Source: Antedon mediterranea (Eukaryota > Animalia > Echinodermata). From it: a stretch of DNA of 64,000 nt. The stretch spans positions 11,780,001-11,844,000 of the forward strand of contig NC_092680.1 of NCBI RefSeq assembly GCF_964355755.1, written 5' to 3'. This document shows positions 12,601-26,739 of this stretch, one piece after another; the first letter of the stretch is position 1, and the number at the start of each line of letters is the position of its first letter. Below the pieces are notes generated by a model, which was not told the DNA's origin, did not search any database, and worked only from the letters and a program-made list of their open reading frames with translations. A program made the position numbers and the translations under genes.

Positions 12601-15600
12601 GTGTGAAAAGTTTTAACGAAATGCTCAAAATGGTCTAAAACGGTTTCTAATGTGATTTTAAGCACTTTGATGTTTTTGTGTAACCAAGTTTTTTCGAAAA
12701 TCACAAAATAGTCTAAAACGTCTCCAAATGCGATTTGAAGCTTTTCTAAGCACTTTGGTGTTTTTATGTTAACAAGTTTTTTCGAAAATCACAAAATGGT
12801 CTAAAACGTCTCCAAATGCGATTTGAGGATATTCTGAGCACTTTGGTGTTTTTTTGTTAAAAAGTTTTTTCGAAAATCACAAAATGGTCTAAAACGTCTC
12901 CAAATGCGATTTGAAGCTATTCTGTACACTTTGATGTTTTGTGTGAAAAAGTTTTGTCGAAATGCTCAAAATGGTCTAAAACGTTTTTAAATACGATATT
13001 AAGCTGTTTTGTGCACTTTGATGATTTGTGTGAAAAGTTTTAACGAAATGCTCAAAATGGTCAAAAACGGTTTCTAATGTGATTTTAAGCACTTTGATGT
13101 TTTTGTGTAACCAAGTTTTTTCAAAAATCACAAAATGGTCTAAAACGTCTCCAAATGCGATTTGAAGCTTTTCTAAGCACTTTGGTGTTTTTATGTTAAA
13201 AAGTTTTTTCGAAAATCACAAAATAGTCTAAAACGTCTCCAAATGCGATTTGAAGCTATTCTGTACACTTTGATGTTTTGTGTGAAAAAGTTTTGTCGAA
13301 ATGCTCAAAATGGTCTAAAACGTTTTTAAAACGATATTAAGCTATTTTGTGCTCTTTGATGTTTTTGTGTAACCAAGTTTCATCGAAAATCACAAAATGG
13401 TCTAAAACGTCTCAAAATGCGATTTGAAGCTTTTCTAAGCACTTTGGTGTTTTTATGTTAACAAGTTTTTTCGAAAATCACGAAATGGTCTAAAATGTCT
13501 CCAAATGCGATTTGAAGATATTCTGAGCACTTTGGTGTTTTTATGTTAAAAAGTTTTTTCGAAAATCACAAAATGGTCTAAAACGTCTCCAAATGCGATT
13601 TGAAGCTCTTCTGTACACCTTGATGTTTTGTGTGAAAAAGTTTTGTCGAAATGCTCAAAATGGTCTAAAACGTTTTTAAATACGATATTAAGCTCTTTTG
13701 TGCACTTTGATGATTTGTGTGAAAAGTTTTAACGAAATGCTCAAAATGGTCTAAAACGGTTTCTAATGTGATTTTAAGCACTTTGATGTTTTTGTGTAAC
13801 CAAGTTTTTTCGAAAATCACAAAATAGTCTAAAACGTCTCCAAATGCGATTTGAAGCTTTTCTAAGCACTTTGGTGTTTTTATGTTAACAAGTTTTTTCG
13901 AAAATCACAAAATGGTCTAAAACGTCTCCAAATGCGATTTGAGGATATTCTGAGCACTTTGGTGTTTTTTTGTTAAAAAGTTTTTTCGAAAATCACAAAA
14001 TGGTCTAAAACGTCTCCAAATGCGATTTGAAGCTATTCTGTACACTTTGATGTTTTGTGTGAAAAAGTTTTGTCGAAATGCTCAAAATGGTCTAAAACGT
14101 TTTTAAATACGATATTAAGCTATTTTGTGATCTTTGATGTTTTTGTGTGAAAAGTTTTATCGAAATGCTCAAAATGGTCTAAAACGTTTTTAAAACGATA
14201 TTAAGCTATTTTGTGCTCTTTGATGTTTTTGTGTAACCAAGTTTCATCGAAAATCACAAAATGGTCTAAAACGTCGCCAAATGCGATTTGAAGCTTTTCT
14301 AAGCACTTTGGTGTTTTTATGTTAACAAGTTTTTTCGAAAATCACGAAATGGTCTAAAATATCTCCAAATGCGATTTGAAGATATTCTGAGCACTTTGGT
14401 GTTTTTATGTTAAAAAGTTTTTTCGAAAATCACAAAATGGTCTAAAACGTCTCCAAACGCGATTTGAAGCTCTTCTGTACACTTTGATGTTTTGTGTGAA
14501 AAAGTTTTGTCGAAATTCTCAAAATGGTCTAAAACGTTTTTAAATACGATATTAAGCTGTTTTGTGCACTTTGATGATTTGTGTGAAAAGTTTTAACGAA
14601 ATGCTCAAAATGGTCAAAAACGGTTTCTAATGTGATTTTAAGCACTTTGATGTTTTTGTGTAACCAAGTTTTTTCAAAAATCACAAAATGGTCTAAAACG
14701 TCTCCAAATGCGATTTGAAGCTTTTCTAAGCACTTTGGTGTTTTTATGTTAAAAGGTTTTTTCGAAAATCACAAAATGGTCTAAAACGTCTCCAAATGCG
14801 ATTTGAAGATATTCTGAGCACTTTGGTGTTTTTATGTTAAAAAGTTTTTTCGAAAATCACAAAATAGTCTAAAACGTCTCCAAATGCGATTTGAAGCTAT
14901 TCTGTACACTTTGATGTTTTGTGTGAAAAAGTTTTGTCGAAATGCTCAAAATGGTCTAAAAGGTTTTTAAATACGATATTAAGCTGTTTTGTGCACTTTG
15001 ATGATTTGTGTGAAAAGTTTTAACGAAATGCTCAAAATGGTCTAAAACGGTTTCTAATGTGATTTTAAGCACTTTGATGTTTTTGTGTAACCAAGTTTTT
15101 TCGAAAATCACAAAATGGTCTAATACGTCTCCAAATGCGATTTGAAGCTTTTCCAAGCACTTTGCTGTTTTTATGTTAAGTTTTTTCGAAAATGACAAAA
15201 TGGTCTAAAACGTCTTCAAATGCGATTTGAAGCTTTTCTAAGCACTTTGGTGTTTTTATGTTAACAAGTTTTTTCGAAAATCACAAAATGGTCTAAAACG
15301 TCTCCAAATGCGATTTGAGGATAATCTGAGCACTTTGGTGTTTTTTTGTTAAAAAGTTTTTTCGAAAATCACAAAATGGTCTAAAACGTCTCCAAATGCG
15401 ATTTGAAGCTATTCTGTACACTTTGATGTTTTGTGTGAAAAAGTTTTGTCGAAATGCTCAAAATGGTCTAAAACGTTTTTAAATACGATATTAAGCTATT
15501 TTGTGATCTTTGATGTTTTTGTGTGAAAAGTTTTATCGAAATGCTCAAAATGGTCTAAAACTTTTTCTATTGTGATTTTAAGCACTTTGATGATTTTGTG

Positions 15601-16579
15601 TAACCAAGTTTCATCGAAATGTACAAAATGGTCTAAAACGTGTCCAAATACGATTTGAAGCTATTCTAAGTACTTTTGTGTTTTTATGTTAACAAGTTTT
15701 TTCGAAAATCACAAAATGGTCTAAAACGTCTACAAATGCGATTTGAAGCTATTCTGTACACTTTGATGTTTTGTGTGAAAAAGTTTTGTCGAAATGCTCA
15801 AAATGGTCTAAAACGTTTTTAAATACGATATTAGGCTATTTTGTGATCTTTGATGTTTTTGTGTGAAAAGTTTTATCGAAATGCTCAAAATGGTCTAAAA
15901 CGGTTTCTATTGTGATTTTAAGCACTTTGATGATTTTGTGTAACCAAGTTTCATCGAAATGTACAAAATGGTCTAAAACGTCTCCAAATGCGATTTGAAG
16001 CTATTCTAAGTACTTTTGTGTTTTTATGTTAACAAGTTTTTTCGAAAATCACAAAATGGTCTAAAACGTCTTCAAATGCGATTTGAAGCTATTCTGTACA
16101 CTTTGATGTTTTGTGTGAAAAAGTTTTGTCAAAATGCTCAAAATTGTCTAAAACGTTTTTAAAACGATATTAAGCTATTTTGTGTTCTTTGATGTTTTTG
16201 TGTAACCAAGTTTCATCGAAAATCACAAAATGGTCTAAAACGTCTCCAAATGCGATTTGAAGCTTTTCTAAGCACTTTGGTGTTTTTATGTTAACAAGTT
16301 TTTTCGAAAATCACAAAATGGTCTAAAACGTCTCCAAATGCGATTTGAAGCTCTTCTGTACACTTTGATGTTTTGTGGGAAAAAGTTTTGTCGAAATTCT
16401 CAAAATGGTCTAAAACGTTTTTAAATACGATATTAAGCTGTTTTGTGCACTTTGATGATTTGTGTGAAAAGTTTTAACGAAATGCTCAAAATGGTCAAAA
16501 ACGGTTTCTAATGTGATTTTAAGCACTTTGATGTTTTTGTGTAACCAAGTTTTTTCGAAAATCACAAAATGGTCTAAAA

Positions 16580-19500
16580 CGTCTCCAAATGCGATTTGAA
16601 GCTATTCTGTACACTTTGATGTTTTGTGTGAAAAAGTTTTGTCGAAATGCTCAAAATGGTCTAAAACGTTTTTAAAACGATATTAAGCTATTTTGTGCTC
16701 TTTGATGTTTTTGTGTAACCAAGTTTCATCGAAATCAACAAAATGGTCTAATACGTCTCCAAATGCGATTTGAAGCTTTTCTAAGCACTTTGGTGTTTTT
16801 ATGTTAAGAAGTTTTTTCGAAAATCACGAAATGGTCTAAAATGTCTCCAAATGCGATTTGAAGATATTCTGAGCACTTTGGTGTTTTTATGTTAAAAAGT
16901 TTTTTCGAAAATCACAAAATGGTCTAAAACGTCTTCAAATGCGATTTGAAGCTATTCTGTACACTTTGATGTTTTGTGTGAAAAAGTTTTGTCAAAATGC
17001 TCAAAATGGTCTAAAACGTTTTTAAAACGATATTAAGCTATTTTGTGCTCTTTGATGTTTTTGTGTAACCAAGTTTCATCGAAAATCACAACATGGTCTA
17101 AAACGTCTCCAAATGCGATTTGAAGCTTTTCTAAGCACTTTGGTGTTTTTATGTTAACAAGTTTTTTCGAAAATCACAAAATGGTCTAAAACGTCTCCAA
17201 ATGCGATTTGAAGCTCTTCTGTACACTTTGATGTTTTGTTTGAAAAAGTTTTGTCGAAATTCTCAAAATGGTCTAAAACGTTTTTAAATTCGATATTAAG
17301 CTGTTTTGTGCACTTTGATGATTTGTGTGAAAAGTTTTAACGAAATGCTCAAAATGGTCTAAAACGGTTTCTAATGTGATTTTAAGCACTTTGATGTTTT
17401 TGTGTAACCAAGTTTTTTCGAAAATCACAAAATAGTCTAAAACGTCTCCAAATGCGATTTGAAGCTTTTCTAAGCACTTTGGTGTTTTTATGTTAACAAG
17501 TTTTTTCGAAAATCACAAAATGGTCTAAAACGTCTCCAAATGCGATTTGAGGATATTCTGAGCACTTTGGTGTTTTTATGTTAAAAAGTTTTTTCGAAAA
17601 TCACAAAATGGTCTAAAACGTCTCCAAATGCGATTTGAAGCTATTCTGTACACTTTGATGTTTTGTGTGAAAAAGTTTTGTCGAAATGCTCAAAATGGTC
17701 TAAAACGTTTTTAAATACGATATTAAGCTATTTTGTGATCTTTGATGTTTTTGTGTGAAAAGTTTTATCGAAATGCTCAAAATGGTCTAAAACGGTTTCT
17801 ATTGTGATTTTAAGCACTTTGATGATTTTGTGTAACCAAGTTTCATCGAAATGTACAAAATGGACTAAAACGTCTCCAAATGCGATTTGAAGCTATTCTA
17901 AGTACTTTTGTGTTTTTATGTTAACAAGTTTTTTCGAAAATCACAAAATGGTCTAAAACGTCTTCAAATGCGATTTGAAGCTATTCTGTACACTTTGATG
18001 TTTTGTGTGAAAAAGTTTTGTCAAAATGCTCAAAATGGTCTAAAACGTTTTTAAAACGATATTAAGCTATTTTGTGCTCTTTGATGTTTTTGTGTAACCA
18101 AGTTTCATCGAAAATCACAAAATGGTCTAAAACGTCTCCAAATGCGATTTGAAGCTTTTCTAAGCACTTTGGTGTTTTTATGTTAACAAGTTTTTTCGAA
18201 AATCACAAAATGGTCTAAAACGTCTCCAAATGCGATTTGAAGCTCTTCTGTACACTTTGATGTTTTGTGTTAAAAAGTTTTCTCGAAATTCTCAAAATGG
18301 TCTAAAACTTTTTTAAATACGATATTAAGCTGTTTTGTGCACTTTGATGATTTGTGTGAAAAGTTTTAACGAAATGCTCAAAATGGTCAAAAACGGTTTC
18401 TAATGTGATTTTAAGCACTTTGATGTTTTTGTGTAACCAAGTTTTTTTCGAAAATCACAAAATGGTCTAAAACGTCTCCAAATGCGATTTGAGGATATTC
18501 TGAGCACTTTGGTGTTTTTATGTTAAAAAGTTTTTTCGAAAATCACAAAATGGTCTAAAACGTCTCAAAATGCGATTTGAAGCTATTCTGTACACTTTGA
18601 TGTTTTGTGTGAAAAAGTTTTTTCGAAATGCTCAAAATGGTCTAAAACGTTTTTAAAACGATATTAAGCTATTTTGTGCTCTTTGATGTTTTTGTGTAAC
18701 CAAGTTTCATCGAAATCAACAAAATGGTCTAATACGTCTCCAAATGCGATTTGAAGCTTTTCCAAGCACTTTGCTGTTTTTATGTTAACAAGTTTTTTCG
18801 AAAATCACAAAATGGTCTAAAACGTCTTCAAATGCGATTTGAAGCTATTCTGTACACTTTGATGTTTTGTGTGAAAAAGTTTTGTCGAAATGCTCAAAAT
18901 GGTCTAAAACGTTTTTAAATACGATATTAAGCTATTTTGTGATCTTTGATGTTTTTGTGTGAAAAGTTTTATCAAAATGCTCAAAATGGTCTGAAACGGT
19001 TTCTAATGCGATTTGAAGCTATTCTGTACACTTTGAAGTTTTGTGTGAAAAAGTTTTCTCGAAATGCTCAAAATGGTCTAAAACGTTTTTATATACCATA
19101 TTAAGCTATTTTGTGCACTTTGATGTTTTTTGTGAAAAGTTTTATCGAAATGCTCAAAATGGTCTAAAACGGTTTCTATTGGGATTTTAAGCACTTTGAT
19201 GATTTTGTGTAACCAAGTTTCATCGAAATGTACAAAATGGTCTAAAACGTCTCCAAATGCGATTTGAAGCTATTCTAAGTACTTTTGTGTTTTTATGTTA
19301 ACAAGTTTTTTCGAAAATCAGAAAATGGTCTAAAACGTCTTCAAATGCGATTTGAAGCTATTCTGTACACTTTTATGTTTTGTGTGAAAAAGTTTTGTCG
19401 AAATTCTCAAAATGGTCTAAAACGTTTTTAAATACGATATTAAGCTGTTTTGTGCACTTTGATGATTTGTGTGAAAAGTTTTAACGAAATGCTCAAAATG

Positions 19501-21103
19501 GTCAAAAACGGTTTCTAATGTGATTTTAAGCACTTTGATGTTTTTGTGTAACCAAGTTTTTTCAAAAATCACAAAATGGTCTAAAACGTCTCCAAATGCG
19601 ATTTGAAGCTTTTCTAAGCACTTTGGTGTTTTTATGTTAACAAGTTTTTTCGAAAATCACAAAATGGTCTAAAACGTCTCCAAATGCGATTTGAAGATAT
19701 TCTGAGCACTTTGGTGTTTTTATGTTAAAAAGTTTTTTCGAAAATCACAAAATAGTCTAAAACGTCTCCAAAGGCGATTTGAAGCTATTCTGTACACTTT
19801 GATGTTTTGTGTGAAAAAGTTTTGTCGAAATGCTCAAAATGGTCTAAAACGTTTTTAAAACGATATTAAGCTATTTTGTGCTCTTTGATGTTTTTGTGTA
19901 ACCAAGTTTCATCGAAAATCACAAAATGGTCTAAAACGTCTCAAAATGCGATTTGAAGCTTTTCTAAGCACTTTGGTGTTTTTATGTTAAAAAGTTTTTT
20001 CGAAAATCACAAAATGGTCTAAAACGTCTCCAAATGCGATTTGAAGCTCTTCTGTACACTTTGATGTTTTGTGTGAAAAAGTTTTGTCGAAATGCTCAAA
20101 ATGGTCTAAAACGTTTTTAAATACGATATTAAGCTGTTTTGTGCACTTTGATGATTTGTGTGAAAAGTTTTAACGAAATGCTCAAAATGGTCTAAAACGG
20201 TTTCTAATGTGATTTTAAGCACTTTGATGTTTTTGTGTAACCAAGTTTTTTCGAAAATCACAAAATAGTCTAAAACGTCTCCAAATGCGATTTGAAGCTT
20301 TTCTAAGCACTTTGGTGTTTTTATGTTAACAAGTTTTTTCGAAAATCACAAAATGGTCTAAAACGTCTCCAAATGCGATTTGAGGATATTCTGAGCACTT
20401 TGGTGTTTTTTTGTTAAAAAGTTTTTTCGAAAATCACAAAATGGTCTAAAACGTCTCCAAATGCGATTTGAAGCTATTCTGTACACTTTGATGTTTTGTG
20501 TGAAAAAGTTTTGTCGAAATGCTCAAAATGGTCTAAAACGTTTTTAAATACGATATTAAGCTATTTTGTGATCTTTGATGTTTTTGTGTGAAAAGTTTTA
20601 TCGAAATGCTCAAAATGGTCTAAAACGGTTTCTATTGTGATTTTAAGCACTTTGATGATTTTGTGTAACCAAGTTTCATCGAAATGTACAAAATGGTCTA
20701 AAACGTCTCCAAATGCGTTTTGAAGCTATTCTAAGTACTTTTGTGTTTTTATGTTAACAAGTTTTTTCGAAAATCACAAAATGGTCTAAAACGTCTTCAA
20801 ATGCGATTTGAAGCTATTCTGTACACTTTGATGTTTTGTGTGAAAAAGTTTTGTCAAAATGCTCAAAATGGTCTAAAACGTTTTTAAAACGATATTAAGC
20901 TATTTTGTGCTCTTTGATGTTTTTGTGTAACCAAGTTTCATCGAAAATCACAAAATGGTCTAAAACGTCTCCAAATGCGATTTGAAGCTATTCTGTACAC
21001 TTTGATGTTTTGTGTGAAAAAGTTTTGTCGAAATGCTCAAAATGGTCTAAAACGTTTTTAAATACGATATTAAGCTATTTTGTGATCTTTGATGTTTTTG
21101 TGT
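16580..21103 (+). repeat. Super-repeat copy 1, block II (duplicated at +42,301)
   Basis: Private variants: acatgg 17091/59392, tggactaaaa 17861/60162, atcagaaaat 19321/61622, aaggcg 19773/62074. The start boundary is approximate. Confidence 0.9.
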
Positions 21104-22820
21104 AACCAAGTTTCATCGAAAATCACAAAATGGTCTAAAACGTTTTTAAATACGATATTAAGCTGTTTTGTGCACTTTGATGATTTGTGTGAAAAGTTTT
21201 AACGAAATGCTCAAAATGGTCAAAAACGGTTTCTAATGTGATTTTAAGCACTTTGATGTTTTTGTGTAACCAAGTTTTTTCAAAAATCACAAAATGGTCT
21301 AAAACGTCTCCAAATGCGATTTGAAGCTTTTCTAAGCACTTTGGTGTTTTTATGTTAACAAGTTTTTTCGAAAATCACAAAATGGTCTAAAACGTCTCCA
21401 AATGCGATTTGAAGATATTCTGAGCACTTTGGTGTTTTTATGTTAAAAAGTTTTTTCGAAAATCACAAAATAGTCTAAAACGTCTCCAAAGGCGATTTGA
21501 AGCTATTCTGTACACTTTGATGTTTTGTGTGAAAAAGTTTTGTCGAAATGCTCAAAATGGTCTAAAACGTTTTTAAAACGATATTAAGCTATTTTGTGCT
21601 CTTTGATGTTTTTGTGTAACCAAGTTTCATCGAAAATCACAAAATGGTCTAAAACGTCTCAAAATGCGATTTGAAGCTTTTCTAAGCACTTTGGTGTTTT
21701 TATGTTAAAAAGTTTTTTCGAAAATCACAAAATGGTCTAAAACGTCTCCAAATGCGATTTGAAGCTCTTCTGTACACTTTGATGTTTTGTGTGAAAAAGT
21801 TTTGTCGAAATGCTCAAAATGGTCTAAAACGTTTTTAAATACGATATTAAGCTGTTTTGTGCACTTTGATGATTTGTGTGAAAAGTTTTAACGAAATGCT
21901 CAAAATGGTCTAAAACGGTTTCTAATGTGATTTTAAGCACTTTGATGTTTTTGTGTAACCAAGTTTTTTCGAAAATCACAAAATAGTCTAAAACGTCTCC
22001 AAATGCGATTTGAAGCTTTTCTAAGCACTTTGGTGTTTTTATGTTAACAAGTTTTTTCGAAAATCACAAAATGGTCTAAAACGTCTCCAAATGCGATTTG
22101 AGGATATTCTGAGCACTTTGGTGTTTTTTTGTTAAAAAGTTTTTTCGAAAATCACAAAATGGTCTAAAACGTCTCCAAATGCGATTTGAAGCTATTCTGT
22201 ACACTTTGATGTTTTGTGTGAAAAAGTTTTGTCGAAATGCTCAAAATGGTCTAAAACGTTTTTAAATACGATATTAAGCTATTTTGTGATCTTTGATGTT
22301 TTTGTGTGAAAAGTTTTATCGAAATGCTCAAAATGGTCTAAAACGGTTTCTATTGTGATTTTAAGCACTTTGATGATTTTGTGTAACCAAGTTTCATCGA
22401 AATGTACAAAATGGTCTAAAACGTTTCCAAATGCGTTTTGAAGCTATTCTAAGTACTTTTGTGTTTTTATGTTAACAAGTTTTTTCGAAAATCACAAAAT
22501 GGTCTAAAACGTCTTCAAATGCGATTTGAAGCTATTCTGTACACTTTGATGTTTTGTGTGAAAAAGTTTTGTCAAAATGCTCAAAATGGTCTAAAACGTT
22601 TTTAAAACGATATTAAGCTATTTTGTGCTCTTTGATGTTTTTGTGTAACCAAGTTTCATCGAAAATCACAAAATGGTCTAAAACGTCTCCAAATGCGATT
22701 TGAAGCTATTCTGTACACTTTGATGTTTTGTGTGAAAAAGTTTTGTCGAAATGCTCAAAATGGTCTAAAACGTTTTTAAATACGATATTAAGCTATTTTG
22801 TGATCTTTGATGTTTTTGTG
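19409..22820 (+). repeat. Tandem duplication with 1,718-bp (20-monomer) period
   Basis: aaggcgattt at 19773 and 21491, and gcgttttg at ~20715 and ~22433. The second unit is absent from super-repeat copy 2 (42,301 - 40,583 = 1,718). Boundaries are approximate. Confidence 0.85.
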
Positions 22821-23513
22821 TGAAAAGTTTTATCGAAATGCTCAAAATGGTCTAAAACGGTTTCTATTGTGATTTTAAGCACTTTGATGATTTTGTGTAA
22901 CCAAGTTTCATCGAAATGTACAAAATGGTCTAAAACGTCTCCAAATGCGTTTTGAAGCTATTCTAAGTACTTTTGTGTTTTTATGTTAACAAGTTTTTTC
23001 GAAAATCACAAAATGGTCTAAAACGTCTTCAAATGCGATTTGAAGCTCTTCTGTACACTTTGATGTTTTGTGTGAAAAAGTTTTGTCGAAATGCTCAAAA
23101 TGGTCTAAAACGTTTTTAAATACGATATTAAGCTGTTTTGTGCACTTTAATGATTTGTGTGAAAAGTTTTAACGAAATGCTCAAAATGGTCTAAAACGGT
23201 TTCTAATGCGATTTTAAGCACTTTGATGTTTTTGTGTAACCAAGTTTTTTCGAAAATCACAAAATGGTCTAAAACGTCTCAAAATGCGATTTGAAGCTTT
23301 TCTAAGCACTTTGGTGTTTTTATGTTAACAAGTTTTTTTCGAAAATCACGAAATGGTCTAAAATGTCTCCAAATGCGATTTGAAGATATTCTGAGCACTT
23401 TGGTGTTTTTATGTTAAAAAGTTTTTTCGAAAATCACAAAATGGTCTAAAACGTCTCCAAATGCGATTTGAAGCTCTTCTGTACACTTTGATGTTTTGTG
23501 TGAAAAAGTTTTG

Positions 23514-26079
23514 TCGAAATGCTCAAAATGGTCTAAAACGTTTTTAAATACGATATTAAGCTGTTTTGTGCACTTTGATGATTTGTGTGAAAAGTTTTAA
23601 CGAAATGCTCAAAATGGTCTAAAACGGTTTCTAATGTGATTTTAAGCACTTTGATGTTTTTGTGTAACCAAGTTTTTTCGAAAATCACAAAATAGTCTAA
23701 AACGTCTCCAAATGCGATTTGAAGCTTTTCTAAGCACTTTGGTGTTTTATGTTAACAAGTTTTTTCGAAAATCACAAAATGGTCTAAAACGTCTCCAAAT
23801 GCGATTTGAGGATATTCTGAGCACTTTGGTGTTTTTTCGTTAAAAAGTTTTTTCGAAAATCACAAAATGGTCTAAAACGTCTCCAAATGCGATTTGAAGC
23901 TATTCTGTACACTTTGATGTTTTGTGTGAAAAAGTTTTGTCGAAATGCTCAAAATGGTCTAAAACGTTTTGAAATACGATATTAAGCTATTTTGTGATCT
24001 TTGATGTTTTTGTGTGAAAAGTTTTATCGAAATGCTCAAAATGGTCTAAAACGGTTTCTATTGTGATTTTAAGCACTTTGATGATTTTGTGTAACCAAGT
24101 TTCATCGAAATGTACAAAATGGTCTAAAATGTCTCCAAATGCGATTTGAAGCTATTCTAAGTACTTTTGTGTTTTTATGTTAACAAGTTTTTTCGAAAAT
24201 CACAAAATGGTCTAAAACGTCTTCAAATGCGATTTGAAGCTATTCTGTACACTTTGATGTTTTGTGTGAAAAAGTTTTGTCAAAATGCTCAAAATGGTCT
24301 AAAACGTTTTTAAAACGATATTAAGCTATTTTGTGCTCTTTGATGTTTTTGTGTAACCAAGTTTCATCGAAAATCACAAAATGGTCTAAAACGTCTCCAA
24401 ATGCGATTTGAAGCTTTTCTAAGCACTTTGGTGTTTTTATGTTAACAATTTTTTTCGAAAATCACAAAATGGTCTAAAACATCTCCAAATGCGATTTGAA
24501 GCTCTTCTGTACACTTTGATGTTTTGTGTGAAAAAGTTTTGTCGAAATTCTCAAAATGGTCTAAAAGGTTTTTAAATACGATATTAAGCTGTTTTGTGCA
24601 CTTTGATGATTTGTGTGAAAAGTTTTAACGAAATGCTCAAAATGGTCTAAAACGGTTTCTAATGTGATTTTAAGCACTTTGATGTTTTTGTGTAACCAAG
24701 TTTTTTCGAAAATCACAAAATAGTCTAAAACGTCTCCAAATGCGATTTGAAGCTTTTCTAAGCACTTTGGTGTTTTTATGTTAACAAGTTTTTTCGAAAT
24801 GCTCAAAATGGTCTAAAACGTTTTTAAATACGATATTAAGCTGTTTTGTGCACTTTGATGATTTGTGTGAAAAGTTTTAACGAAATGCTCAAAATGGTCT
24901 AAAACGGTTTCTAATGTGATTTTAAGCACTTTGATGTTTTTGTGTAACCAAGTTTTTTCGAAAATCACAAAATAGTCTAAAACGTCTCCAAATGCGATTT
25001 GAAGCTTTTCTAAGCACTTTGGTGTTTTATGTTAACAAGTTTTTTCGAAAATCACAAAATGGTCTAAAACGTCTCCAAATGCGATTTGAGGATATTCTGA
25101 GCACTTTGGTGTTTTTTCGTTAAAAAGTTTTTTCGAAAATCACAAAATGGTCTAAAACGTCTCCAAATGCGATTTGAAGCTATTCTGTACACTTTGATGT
25201 TTTGTGTGAAAAAGTTTTGTCGAAATGCTCAAAATGGTCTAAAACGTTTTGAAATACGATATTAAGCTATTTTGTGATCTTTGATGTTTTTGTGTGAAAA
25301 GTTTTATCGAAATGCTCAAAATGGTCTAAAACGGTTTCTATTGTGATTTTAAGCACTTTGATGATTTTGTGTAACCAAGTTTCATCGAAATGTACAAAAT
25401 GGTCTAAAATGTCTCCAAATGCGATTTGAAGCTATTCTAAGTACTTTTGTGTTTTTATGTTAACAAGTTTTTTCGAAAATCACAAAATGGTCTAAAACGT
25501 CTTCAAATGCGATTTGAAGCTATTCTGTACACTTTGATGTTTTGTGTGAAAAAGTTTTGTCAAAATGCTAAAAATGGTCTAAAACGTTTTTAAAACGATA
25601 TTAAGCTATTTTGTGCTCTTTGATGTTTTTGTGTAACCAAGTTTCATCGAAAATCACAAAATGGTCTAAAACGTCTCCAAATGCGATTTGAAGCTTTTCT
25701 AAGCACTTTGGTGTTTTTATGTTAACAATTTTTTTCGAAAATCACAAAATGGTCTAAAACATCTCCAAATGCGATTTGAAGCTCTTCTGTACACTTTGAT
25801 GTTTTGTGTGAAAAAGTTTTGTCGAAATTCTCAAAATGGTCTAAAAGGTTTTTAAATACGATATTAAGCTGTTTTGTGCACTTTGATGATTTGTGTGAAA
25901 AGTTTTAACGAAATGCTCAAAATGGTCTAAAACGGTTTCTAATGTGATTTTAAGCACTTTGATGTTTTTGTGTAACCAAGTTTTTTCGAAAATCACAAAA
26001 TAGTCTAAAACGTCTCCAAATGCGATTTGAAGCTTTTCTAAGCACTTTGGTGTTTTTATGTTAACAAGTTTTTTCGAAA
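23514..26079 (+). repeat. Tandem duplication with 1,280-bp (15-monomer) period
   Basis: Private variants at +1,280: ggtgttttatg 23741/25021, gttttttcgtt 23831/25111, gaaatacg 23971/25251, atctcc 24481/25761. Junction ttttcgaaatgctc at 24791-24804. Confidence 0.92.
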
Positions 26080-26739
26080 ATCACAAAATGGTCTAAAACG
26101 TCTCCAAATGCGATTTGAGGATATTCTGAGCACTTTGGTGTTTTTTTGTTAAAAAGTTTTTTCGAAAATCACAAAATGGTCTAAAACGTCTCCAAATGCG
26201 ATTTGAAGCTATTCTGTACACTTTGATGTTTTGTGTGAAAAAGTTTTGTCGAAATGCTCAAAATGGTCTAAAACGTTTTTAAATACGATATTAGGCTATT
26301 TTGTGATCTTTGATGTTTTTGTGTGAAAAGTTTTATCGAAATGCTCAAAATGGTCTAAAACGGTTTCTATTGTGATTTTAAGCACTTTGATGATTTTGTG
26401 TAACCAAGTTTCATCGAAATGTACAAAATGGTCTAAAACGTCTCCAAATTCGATTTGAAGCTATTCTAAGTACTTTTGTGTTTTTATGTTAACAAGTTTT
26501 TTCGAAAATCACAAAATGGTCTAAAACGTCTTCAAATGCGATTTGAAGCTATTCTGTACACTTTGATGTTTTGTGTGAAAAAGTTTTGTCAAAATGCTCA
26601 AAATGGTCTAAAACGTTTTTAAAACGATATTAAGCTATTTTGTGCTCTTTGATGTTTTTGTGTAACCAAGTTTCATCGAAAATCACAAAATGGTCTAAAA
26701 CGTCTCCAAATGCGATTGGAAGCTTTTCTAAGCACTTTG

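Larger units (their letters stand above)
1..13005 (+). repeat. Super-repeat copy 1, block I (duplicated at +44,105/+44,106)
   Basis: Private variants are shared at constant offset: 16-bp deletion ~680/~44785, ttggtcgaattg 2731/46836, gccctttgg 4421/48526, tagaacg 4901/49006, ttcgaatcac ~12444/~56550. The ORF track also pairs at 44,105 and 44,106. Confidence 0.92.
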
